64,000 nt of DNA from Bacteroidia bacterium (GTDB taxonomy: Bacteria > Bacteroidota > Bacteroidia > M30B66): NCBI GenBank assembly GCA_965279035.1, contig OZ257142.1, positions 3,904,001 through 3,968,000 of the forward strand, given 5' to 3'. Below are positions 50,939-60,007 of this stretch, piece after piece. The position numbers were made by a program, and so were the translations under genes. Positions within the stretch are counted from its first letter, which is position 1. The number at the start of each line of letters is the position of its first letter. The notes under the pieces were generated by a model. That model made no database searches, was not told the origin of the DNA, and saw nothing but the letters and a program-made list of their open reading frames with translations.

Positions 50939-50994
50939 ATGTTTTTTAATAATTTATTATGCAGCATACCGCTAGCCCTAGCCCTGCCCCAGGG

Positions 50995-51110
50995 CCCGGA
51001 TTGAAATCCGGGGGTGCTGGTTGTGAAGTTCCGGATATAGAGATTTAAGTTTTGATTCCAATTTGCATCCCTCTTGCCAGTAGCCCCGGATTTCAATCCG
51101 GGGGTGCTGG
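50995..51110 (+). repeat. Two GTAG-type REP palindromes
   Basis: CCCGGATTGAAATCCGGG (50995-51012) and GTAG-CCCCGGATTTCAATCCGGGG (51080-51103), both followed by GTGCTGG. Confidence 0.8.
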
Positions 51111-51142
51111 ATGAAGTGCAAGTAAATTCAACTAGATATAGA

Positions 51143-51263
51143 GCATGAGCGATTGCAATGGAAAACCCGCAATGTATGCCATAGCCTTGGCGAAGGCATA
51201 CGTGAGGTTCCGATAGCTATCGGAATGGAATGGAAAGCGCGGCCACATAGTGGCATGCCCAAA
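51143..51263 (+). ncRNA. Structured repeat/ncRNA, Flavo-1-like (copy B)
   Basis: GCATGAGCGATTGCAATGGAAAACC...GGAATGGAAAGCGCG...GCATGCCCAAA, sharing its scaffold with 5141-5242. Confidence 0.45.
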
Positions 51264-51310
51264 CAATAAAAATAAAATTCTGTCGTAGCTTTGACTTTCA
51301 GCTCGAGCCG

Positions 51311-51478
51311 ATGTTTTTAAAAAAGATTCTCTATTACTTGGATATTCGAACCTTATTTCGTCCGAACGAAAAGAAGGTAAATGCCAATGTTCGGTTTATG
51401 AATGGAATGAACCGGATTAGTATTTTTATGTTTCTGTTTGCTTTAGTGGTCTTGTTGATTCGTTATCTGAAACACTAA
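51311..51478 (+). CDS. Small membrane protein (55 aa, DUF6728-like), missed by the ORF track
   Basis: MFLKKILYYLDIRTLFRPNEKKVNANVRFMNGMNRISIFMFLFALVVLLIRYLKH*, with a TAGCTTTG -7 box at 51286-51293. Confidence 0.7.
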   Translation: MFLKKILYYLDIRTLFRPNEKKVNANVRFMNGMNRISIFMFLFALVVLLIRYLKH

Positions 51479-51481
51479 ATA

Positions 51482-54400
51482 CTATTGCTTTACAATACGT
51501 TGGGTAGAAGAAATTTTACCTTCAGTTTCCACTTTAAGCAAGTATGTTCCTGATGCCAAATTGGATGTAGGAATTTGAATTTGCTGGTTTACAGTAGGAA
51601 TGACTTGTTGATGAAGTAGCATGCGACCGCTTAGATCAAATAGGTAAACTTGCGTTTGAGAAGTTGCATTTATAAATCGAATGCTCAGTTGATCGTGAAA
51701 TGGATTGGGTGAAATTTGAAATAGATTGGAACTAAGTTCTGCAATAGCTTCTGGACGTTGAACAGTAAAATTCGTGTCGAGTGAACAACCTGCTGCATCT
51801 GTAATAGTAACATGGTAGGTGCCCGGTGCGAGGTAGTTTACAGTTAAGTCGTTTAAGCCTACAATTTCGTCCCAAGAAGTATGATACGGTTCGAGACCAC
51901 CAAACATTGTAATGAATATAAAACCATTGTCGGCATTGAGGGAAGCGTTGCCCACATTAGCAGTTAATGACAATGAAGGTACAACCGTAATGGTTTGTGT
52001 GCGATCGTCGGTGCCTAAGCTAGTATTGCTAGTAAAGGTGGTTGTGTAAGTTCCTGGATAGAAATAGGTAACATCAACAACACCGTTGTTAGAAACAGAG
52101 GGCAAACCACCCGCAAAATCCCATGAAACACTGTCGGAAATGGGTTGTGTGATATCGGAATAAGTAATAGTACTACCGGCACATACTGTAATTTGACTAG
52201 CAGTAAAGTTGGCAAAATCGGTACTTGAGCAAAATGGAGGTGTGTCAAAAGCTGCTAATCCATCGTACACATCTTCGGAGCTACCTTGATCGGCGCTATA
52301 TCCTAATCCACGACGGGCAAAGGTGTTCCATATTAAGCACTTATTTGCTCCTGCATAGTTGAGTTCATCGGCTTGTAAAATGGCATCACGAGAATCTACA
52401 AATCCGGGAGAACATACTTGAAGTCGCATACCATCCATTACTAATTGAATGGTTTTGTTGTTTCCCCCTGTGCCATTAATTAGGTCTTGATCGTAGCCAT
52501 ACACATCAATCATATTCCAATATAAATCCCATAAGATAGTACACCAGATTGTGCCTAATCCATGCGCTTCATCGAGATTGACAATTTCGTTGTATGTCAG
52601 AGGATTTATATTCATATCGCGAGAATAGGGATAGACGCGAATTCCAGGTCCATTAACATCAGTACCTTGCACATAATTCCCTACAGCTCTAGGCGCATTG
52701 GCTGTATTATCGGGAGTTGCAGTCATGATGAGTGCAAAGAAATCGCTCCAACCCTCGCCAGCTTGTTCGGCATTGTACAAACAATCGACATTGAGCGGTC
52801 CACCAGTTAAACGGTTTGAAACACCATGTCCATATTCATGAGCAACAACTCCATTATCAAAACTGGAGTCGAAGAAATTCATATCGGAATTAATATTGAT
52901 TGTTACGTTTAAATTTCCTGTTAATGCAGCTCGAATAGTATTACCGTCTTCTTGAGAAATCATTAAAGAAGGAATGCTAATACCTGGATCTCCGCCACCC
53001 ATGCTAAAAGGAGTTCCAGTTTCGTTATTTGCAACAATAACGGCAATTGCACCCATCAATTCGGCATTAAATACTTTATCAGCAAAATAACAATTACCAC
53101 GATCAATTAGAACAATCTTCCCTGTTAAATCATCGATTGATGAACCACAACCTTCGGTAGGATTTATTTCCCCATCGTTCATTAAAACAAGTTGACCAGT
53201 AATGGGTATTGGTGTGGATTGAGCTCCGAAAGTTGAAACAGCCGAAACATAAACTCCTGCGATAGAAGAAGGCGAATTGACAGTTAAATAAGAACCTAAA
53301 TTATTTCCCCAAAGATACATTTGCATGCGAGGTGATTCCCCATCGGGAGGAGTTCCGAAATTGGCGTTGTTCGTTCCGCTGCCATCAAAAGCTTCGGCAT
53401 TCACAGGATCTAAACTACCGTCGACATTGGTGTAATTATCGTTTTGGAAATTTCCACTTGTTTCATCAAAACCATAATGCCAAAGCACATCATGCAAACG
53501 GTTATTATCGTAAAATAAATTAGTAATAGATGCACTTCGGTTTCCAAGAGGATTGCTGTTCGGAGCAGTTGTGAAGGGGAAATCGAAACTGAGAAGTGCC
53601 CCTCCATCCACATAATCATCAGGGAGATCGTCGTTGTTTTGATCATCGTATGCATTGACATTATTTCCAATTGTACGTGTATCATCTGCTCCATCAATAC
53701 CATCGAGATCGTGCCAGCCGTATGGAGATGCTATAAGATCGGAAGGATTTGTAAGTAATACGCGCGGTCCATTGAGCGGACTTTCTAAAGGATACGGAAA
53801 CACTCGGTATTGTGATCCATCCGATTGCAATTGATCTACAGTTTCTAAATTTTTATTGGAGATAGGTTTTGCACCTGAAGGAAAATGTGGAGCATCAAAT
53901 TGACAACTCAGTGTGTGATTATGTGATTCGAGAATATTTCCAGTAGCAGCATCGATGCGAATTTGCCATTGAGCATCAGAATTTACTGGCGTGAAACGGA
54001 ATGTGAAACAATCGAAAAGCTGAGCATCTTTACTAGGAAAATAAAGTCGTTCGATATAGATGAATCCTTTAACACCGGCTTGTTTGGCTTTCCAATAATT
54101 GACTTTTATTTCTTTTATATCGGTAAAACGAATTTCCTTTTCAATTCCTTTCGATTGAAGTGCTTTACTTGCTGCATTTTCCATTGTTAATGAAGAAGCG
54201 CTATTGGGAACACGAGAGCGGACATCTTTTATAAAATGACATTGTGTGCTAAACAGCTTTCCATTTTTATCAATGGTCACTTGCATATCAGCTCCAAACA
54301 CCGGCATTTCATCCACATACTGGCGCAACCAGATAACTTGCATTGTTCCATTTTTTGACTGGTAATGACTGCTTACTCGAACATTTTCGAAATCGGATGT

Positions 54401-54517
54401 ACTTAGTTTACAGCTATCCTTCAATTGAGGGATAAACGTTTTCCAATCGGCTTTTTGGGCATTCGAGACGAAAATGCAAAAGCAAAATAGAACGAGTAAG
54501 TGTAATTTTTTAGTCAT
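51482..54517 (-). CDS. T9SS-secreted M36 (fungalysin) metallopeptidase with PA and PKD domains
   Basis: FTP/PepSY prodomain, YGFDETSGNFQ, NANFGTPPDG, HEYGHG, GEGWSD and CTD ISPNPF. Start at MTKKLH (54517). Confidence 0.92.
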   Translation of the reverse strand: MTKKLHLLVLFCFCIFVSNAQKADWKTFIPQLKDSCKLSTSDFENVRVSSHYQSKNGTMQVIWLRQYVDEMPVFGADMQVTIDKNGKLFSTQCHFIKDVRSRVPNSASSLTMENAASKALQSKGIEKEIRFTDIKEIKVNYWKAKQAGVKGFIYIERLYFPSKDAQLFDCFTFRFTPVNSDAQWQIRIDAATGNILESHNHTLSCQFDAPHFPSGAKPISNKNLETVDQLQSDGSQYRVFPYPLESPLNGPRVLLTNPSDLIASPYGWHDLDGIDGADDTRTIGNNVNAYDDQNNDDLPDDYVDGGALLSFDFPFTTAPNSNPLGNRSASITNLFYDNNRLHDVLWHYGFDETSGNFQNDNYTNVDGSLDPVNAEAFDGSGTNNANFGTPPDGESPRMQMYLWGNNLGSYLTVNSPSSIAGVYVSAVSTFGAQSTPIPITGQLVLMNDGEINPTEGCGSSIDDLTGKIVLIDRGNCYFADKVFNAELMGAIAVIVANNETGTPFSMGGGDPGISIPSLMISQEDGNTIRAALTGNLNVTININSDMNFFDSSFDNGVVAHEYGHGVSNRLTGGPLNVDCLYNAEQAGEGWSDFFALIMTATPDNTANAPRAVGNYVQGTDVNGPGIRVYPYSRDMNINPLTYNEIVNLDEAHGLGTIWCTILWDLYWNMIDVYGYDQDLINGTGGNNKTIQLVMDGMRLQVCSPGFVDSRDAILQADELNYAGANKCLIWNTFARRGLGYSADQGSSEDVYDGLAAFDTPPFCSSTDFANFTASQITVCAGSTITYSDITQPISDSVSWDFAGGLPSVSNNGVVDVTYFYPGTYTTTFTSNTSLGTDDRTQTITVVPSLSLTANVGNASLNADNGFIFITMFGGLEPYHTSWDEIVGLNDLTVNYLAPGTYHVTITDAAGCSLDTNFTVQRPEAIAELSSNLFQISPNPFHDQLSIRFINATSQTQVYLFDLSGRMLLHQQVIPTVNQQIQIPTSNLASGTYLLKVETEGKISSTQRIVKQ

Positions 54518-54519
54518 AG

Positions 54520-55008
54520 TTATTTGAGAATGCAGCTGCATTGTTTAACATGATTCGATCGGATGCGTTTATTGATATGAGCAATCGAATTGTTGCTTGG
54601 ATCATATACACCACAATAATATAGATTTTTAAAAGGTTTCTTCGTTTTAATGTGTTGTAACAAAACTGTTAACGAAGGAACTTCTTTGAGATTTGCATAT
54701 TCCTCTAATGTATAATCGAGAAAAGCAGTATTGGCTGAAATTCCACGAACATCAAGCCACCAGCCTTTGCGAAGCTTTTGAGGAAGAAGCATCGTTTTTA
54801 CATCGGCAGGTGAAGGATAGGCAACAATTTGGTTTCCATCGGTCGATAAAGTGACCGGAACGAGTGTTTCCCAAGGACCGTTTAATTGATAGACAATAGC
54901 GTTCGGACCGGGAATTAAAAAAGGGGAATACGAAATCTGTTTTTCAGGATTCATCCAAGCAGAAATTCCGCCCATGAAAACAAAAACCAAGCTTAGTATT
55001 CCCCGCAT
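54520..55008 (-). CDS. Conserved hypothetical secreted protein
   Basis: Signal peptide and VPVTLS..G..IVAYPSPAD...LDVRGISANTAFL motif, tightly packed between peptidase genes. Confidence 0.7.
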   Translation of the reverse strand: MRGILSLVFVFMGGISAWMNPEKQISYSPFLIPGPNAIVYQLNGPWETLVPVTLSTDGNQIVAYPSPADVKTMLLPQKLRKGWWLDVRGISANTAFLDYTLEEYANLKEVPSLTVLLQHIKTKKPFKNLYYCGVYDPSNNSIAHINKRIRSNHVKQCSCILK

Positions 55009-55013
55009 AGTAC

Positions 55014-57587
55014 TTATTTCTGAATGGAAATAGTTCGTGTGAATGTTTGTTTTTCATTCATGTAACGCAACATATAAATTCCAGCGTCTAATCCATTTGT
55101 ATGAAGCTGAAATTGATTAGGCTTGCCTGTTACTTTCTCCGATTTTACCACTTGTCCTAATTCATTCATCAAGTCAATCCGACCATTTTCCAAACCAGCA
55201 GAATTGCTGATCCATAGATAATCTTTTGCTGGATTTGGATACACTTTCAAGTTCGATTCTTTTGCTTCATCAATACCTAAAATCGATCGCGAAACTTGGA
55301 TATCGAGTAAATAAGAACCTGTGTTTCCTGTAAAATAAGGAGAAACCTTAAACAGTACATTTCCACCATTGTTCAATAAAATGGCTTCGGGAGCAATATC
55401 ATCAATTGCAGGTGACGAACCCGAACCATCATCATACGAAAACACCGCATCAACTGTATACGTATTACCATTGCCAGAATTGTAAGAATCATGGATGCGT
55501 GGAGTGATTACATAATTGAATCCGGAAGGAAAACTCACCCCGTAATAATCTATGTCAGAACCCAAGTGAAAGTTAGAACCTGTAGTCAGTACCGAAGAAT
55601 TGGAGCCACTAAAAGTAGGTGTGAACACATAAGGTGATCCAGCAGCATCATTGTTTTCGTATTGATCAGGACTCAAAGGTGGTGCGACAACCGTAATGGT
55701 TATTGGATTGGTAAAATACGAACCACCTAATAAATAATATTGACCTGATCCTGATTCTTCACCCATCATAGCCAAAATATAGGTTCCTGGATTTACATTC
55801 AAATTCGCTGTAGAAAACGTTAAATATGGCGACAAATAAGAATATCCATAAGGTAAACCTTGCGTTTCATTTAATGTACCTATGGTTGTTACATACGTCC
55901 CTTCGAGATCATATAATGCACATGCATAAGTGCCTAGCCAGTCGTTTAAGCCTTCGTTAATCAAATTTACATTCACTGAAGCTGCTTGTCCACTTACGAA
56001 TTGAGTTGGACTTAGCGTCATATTGGAATACAATTGAATGTAGTTATAAGGTCCTAGAATAGTTACTGGGACTGGATTGTAGGCACCTGTTCCAGCATCA
56101 ATCAATTGCCAGTTTCCTGAACCTTGTTTGAATACGATAGCAACCAAATAATCGCCAGGAGTGGCAAGTATTCCCGTGGTGCTAAATGTTGCGTTCACAC
56201 TGGTACCAGCTGCAATGGTTTGGTTGGTGAATGTTTGAACAAAATCGACTAAATAGCCATCGGTTGTTACTACAGCAGCAGCAAAATCGGCAGTAAGGCT
56301 TGTTGAACCTGTATTGCTTACTGTTGCATATACATCAAAAGCAGAATTAAAATCGAGCTGAAATCCTGGATTGAGACTGATGCCCGAAGTGATCGATAAA
56401 GCAGCAGGAGCTGGAGGTGTTGTTCCGCCAGGTGGTTTGATACCTTTAATCACTTGTTGGTTGGAGTTGAATCCACCATCTCCCCCACCCGTTCCTAAAG
56501 ACGTAGGGTTTAGCGCATCTAAATTGAAGAAGCCATTGTTTTGATTGCTCCATCCCCAATTCATGTGGAAAAAGTTGTTATCGTCGTAGCCATCGCAAAC
56601 CCAAGTATGACCACCACCGCTACCAATTCCGGCATATTGCATTACGCGACCGGCATCGAGTTCGGCTTTCATCATGGCGATCCATTGTTGATCGGTTTGT
56701 GTTTGACGCATCACTCCTACCAAAGTACTTGCATCATATCCGAAATACGTTTTGTAAGCATATTCAGCACAATGTTGAACGGGTGATGCTGCAGCTACAA
56801 CATAAGCGCTACTTCCTCCAGTTTGCCCAACACCATAAGTCATTTCAACACTTACACCGCAATGGTACATGAGCTGAGCAATTTCGGCGTTGGCTGATGA
56901 AATTTGATTTGGCATAGCTGCCCAATTGTATGTTGCACTTCCAAAATTAGCCGATAAGGTTCCATAGGCTTGTGTATCGTAGGAATGAAAACCACTTCCT
57001 TGTGCAGGATAGGACCAGTATTTCATCACCATTGCCATGGCAGTTGCTACACATCCAGTAACCGTCCGATCGTTGTATTGGGTATTGAATGGACATTGCG
57101 CATTGTAATTAGGTGCTTGATCCCAACCAACTTGAAGCAAAGGACCAACAGTATTTCTCAATACATTGGAAGGTGTTTCAGCATTGCGGAATTTTGTCCA
57201 AGCAGTAGAAATTTGGGATGTTGCAGGAGCATCTTCGTTAATGATGTAGACAATTTCGTTGTGGTATTTTTCGAGCCAAGTAGTTACTTGCGGAGCTTGA
57301 TCATCAACCACATACTGTCCTTTTAAGGAATAGCCAAGGATGGGATATACTTGATCATCACCTGAGACGATAACGAATCCATCGGAAGCATTAATCTGAT
57401 AAATATAAAACACAGCTCGATCATCGTATTCATCGGCTTGAACGAGTGTGAGAAAATCGGGAGCTTGACCTTGCTGAATTCGGTAAAAATTAGCAGCAAT
57501 AGCACGTGCAGCATCTTGGGGAACTTCGTCGGCCCAAAGGGGAAGAAAAAAGATGCTAAGGAAGAGAGCGAGTAAGAGTGAACGCAT
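55014..57587 (-). CDS. C10 family cysteine peptidase (streptopain/PrtT-like) with T9SS CTD
   Basis: Prodomain GFVIVSGDD..PILGYS, WDQ, TGCVATAMA, GGHTWVCDGY, HMNWGW and CTD VYPNPA. Confidence 0.93.
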   Translation of the reverse strand: MRSLLLALFLSIFFLPLWADEVPQDAARAIAANFYRIQQGQAPDFLTLVQADEYDDRAVFYIYQINASDGFVIVSGDDQVYPILGYSLKGQYVVDDQAPQVTTWLEKYHNEIVYIINEDAPATSQISTAWTKFRNAETPSNVLRNTVGPLLQVGWDQAPNYNAQCPFNTQYNDRTVTGCVATAMAMVMKYWSYPAQGSGFHSYDTQAYGTLSANFGSATYNWAAMPNQISSANAEIAQLMYHCGVSVEMTYGVGQTGGSSAYVVAAASPVQHCAEYAYKTYFGYDASTLVGVMRQTQTDQQWIAMMKAELDAGRVMQYAGIGSGGGHTWVCDGYDDNNFFHMNWGWSNQNNGFFNLDALNPTSLGTGGGDGGFNSNQQVIKGIKPPGGTTPPAPAALSITSGISLNPGFQLDFNSAFDVYATVSNTGSTSLTADFAAAVVTTDGYLVDFVQTFTNQTIAAGTSVNATFSTTGILATPGDYLVAIVFKQGSGNWQLIDAGTGAYNPVPVTILGPYNYIQLYSNMTLSPTQFVSGQAASVNVNLINEGLNDWLGTYACALYDLEGTYVTTIGTLNETQGLPYGYSYLSPYLTFSTANLNVNPGTYILAMMGEESGSGQYYLLGGSYFTNPITITVVAPPLSPDQYENNDAAGSPYVFTPTFSGSNSSVLTTGSNFHLGSDIDYYGVSFPSGFNYVITPRIHDSYNSGNGNTYTVDAVFSYDDGSGSSPAIDDIAPEAILLNNGGNVLFKVSPYFTGNTGSYLLDIQVSRSILGIDEAKESNLKVYPNPAKDYLWISNSAGLENGRIDLMNELGQVVKSEKVTGKPNQFQLHTNGLDAGIYMLRYMNEKQTFTRTISIQK

Positions 57588-57709
57588 AAACTTGGGTTAG
57601 AATGATTGAATCGGTGAGCTAAATCAAAGATATAATTTAAAGTGTGTGATGAATTAGATGGTTCAAAAAATTTGATAGTAATTTAAAACTAAGAAAAGGA
57701 TGAATGTAT

Positions 57710-59761
57710 TTAGTTCAATGAATTAATTAAATCGGATTGATAAGTTAATAAATCCATTTTGGTTAAGAAAAAATGACGGTAGACTAAAAAATTATAATCA
57801 TTCATGGCAGTAAATAGAATATTGAGATTATCCTCCCTGTATCTTTTACCACTGAAATAAGTTAAATCACTAGATACATAGCTTGTGTAATTTTGGAACA
57901 TAGCATCAGGAAGTTCACCTTTTAATATTTCAAGATTTAAAAGTGAACGAATGTCATTTTTGAATTCTATTTCCATAATAGCTAGGTCTTTTAGATTTAA
58001 TTCAATAATGTCAAACGTTGTAGTTTCTCGAATGAAATTACTTGCATTGGATATTTTCGTATAAAACTCCATTCGATTATCAAATGCTTTATCTAAGAGA
58101 AAAAACGTGCGGTATTTTTCTTTTAATGATCCCTCTTTTCCCTGTTTTGAGGCTTGAAACATGAAGAATTGATAGATTTGAATGTCATTCTGTTTAATTA
58201 ATTCTTTTCGAGATTCAATTTCTTTTTCAATAAGAATTAATAGAGAAACAGCCTCTTGGGATTTATATTTCTTTCCATCATAATCAAAGGTCTTTACAGG
58301 ATATTCGCCACTATTAATATTCGTTATTGTTATTTTATCATTTTCGAGTGCTATTAACTCATAAATTAAATCCACTTTTTCTCTACTAAATAAGGTTTCA
58401 AGATTTGATAAGTCATTATTTAATACAATCTCATCTACATCAAATAGGGTAAGATTTTTATTGTCGAAATACTCATTATAAATAGCAGGAAAACTATTAC
58501 TAGCAATCAATTTCGAAAAATCAGATTTAAAAGATTCTGGGGTTAAATCTTGTATTTTATTTTCATAAACAATAGTTGAAAATAATTTCTCAGTAAATAA
58601 TTCTTCCCATTTTTGAACATGATCAAATAATGAAATAGCAAGATTAGAATTGCTGTATGGTTTGACAATATTAAGTTTTTCTAAAGCTGTTATGCGTTCA
58701 ATAGTACTAGGATGTGAAGCCCATTGGTCTTTAATATTGAGTTTCGATTTATTGTATTTGCTTAAATCTTGATTGCTTAATAGTGGTAATTCATTTTTAA
58801 AAGAATAGTTATTTAATTGTGCTAAATAATTCAACACATACCGTTGATTTTGAAAGATATTCTTAGTTGTAATTCCATCAGCAACTCTATTTGTATAGTA
58901 ATTAATAACGGAAGAATAGGAGTGGTCGGATAAATCCATTCGTAATAATGATTCTTTAAGAGGAAGATAGCCTGCAACATTGGCCGCAACTTCATCGGCA
59001 TGGAATTCCATTTCACGAGAAAGTGCCATATAACTAATATTAACCAATTCATACATTTTCCTTAAAACTGATTGAATACCAGAAATAATTCCAACTGCTA
59101 TATTGACAAACAAAGAGAAATATCCGCTAATATTTGCCCATCGATCTATCATTTCCTGAAATGATTCATTGTCATAGAGCATGTTATAAATTACCTGATT
59201 TACATTGTAAACAAAGCTTCCCACTTTCATTGTTCGTTGTGAGAAATGGCCAAATTCGTGAGCCATAATGGCTTTAAATTCCTGTTCTGAAATGGTATTT
59301 ACGAGTCCGATTCCAATTTGCAGATTTTTACGGATTGGAAAAAACATACTCCAAAAGCTGGAATCGTAGAAAACACTGGCATTTACATCGCTCGACAAAT
59401 AAATCTTTTTCGGGAAATCAGTGCCTACTTCTTGAACAATTTCATTGATAAATTGAAACAAGCGAGGTTCTTGACTTTGAGTAATTTCGACTAAGTGACT
59501 TCGATCTATTTTATGTTTTTTAAACAAAAATTTAAAAAGGAATATGAGAATAAAAAAGCCAAGACTAGCAATGCCTAAACCTAATCCGATTGTAATAACC
59601 ATTGGCTTAAATACAATTAATGCAATGCCTGCAACTCCACAAAAAATTGTTAACCCAATGGCTAAAGCCAATAATAAAATATAGACTAACATGAATAAGA
59701 CAATTGAAAAAATTGCCTTGGTAGTCATTTTCTTAAAACTCGAAGATGTTTGAATTTGCAT
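57710..59761 (-). CDS. M48 family membrane metallopeptidase
   Basis: N-terminal TMs, NASV, AIMAHEFGH, SREMEFHAD and ASHPSTIERI motifs. Confidence 0.9.
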   Translation of the reverse strand: MQIQTSSSFKKMTTKAIFSIVLFMLVYILLLALAIGLTIFCGVAGIALIVFKPMVITIGLGLGIASLGFFILIFLFKFLFKKHKIDRSHLVEITQSQEPRLFQFINEIVQEVGTDFPKKIYLSSDVNASVFYDSSFWSMFFPIRKNLQIGIGLVNTISEQEFKAIMAHEFGHFSQRTMKVGSFVYNVNQVIYNMLYDNESFQEMIDRWANISGYFSLFVNIAVGIISGIQSVLRKMYELVNISYMALSREMEFHADEVAANVAGYLPLKESLLRMDLSDHSYSSVINYYTNRVADGITTKNIFQNQRYVLNYLAQLNNYSFKNELPLLSNQDLSKYNKSKLNIKDQWASHPSTIERITALEKLNIVKPYSNSNLAISLFDHVQKWEELFTEKLFSTIVYENKIQDLTPESFKSDFSKLIASNSFPAIYNEYFDNKNLTLFDVDEIVLNNDLSNLETLFSREKVDLIYELIALENDKITITNINSGEYPVKTFDYDGKKYKSQEAVSLLILIEKEIESRKELIKQNDIQIYQFFMFQASKQGKEGSLKEKYRTFFLLDKAFDNRMEFYTKISNASNFIRETTTFDIIELNLKDLAIMEIEFKNDIRSLLNLEILKGELPDAMFQNYTSYVSSDLTYFSGKRYREDNLNILFTAMNDYNFLVYRHFFLTKMDLLTYQSDLINSLN

Positions 59762-59930
59762 GAGATAGCTTTTAACCTAGGGCACAGAAATTAATTGAAA
59801 TACGAATTCTGTTTTATTAAATCTTTCCAAAATTATAAGAAACTGTATTATATAGAAATTTCTATCCATTTCTTTCCCTATTTGCAAATTTCAGATTTAA
59901 ACTTCAGGGTTATTTCAAAGTTTTTCTAGA

Positions 59931-59965
59931 TTAAAAAACTCCGTACAAAATGACGGAGTTTTTAA
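59931..59965. terminator. Intrinsic (possibly bidirectional) terminator
   Basis: AAAAACTCCGT...ACGGAGTTTTT. Confidence 0.75.
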
Positions 59966-60007
59966 TTAATTATTTCTATAGGTGCAAATAAATCCCTTTT
60001 ATTTATG

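Noticed and set aside
50822-51096. 60-aa ORFs at 50822-51004 and 50914-51096
   Set aside because: They run through promoter and REP sequence and have no protein-like features.
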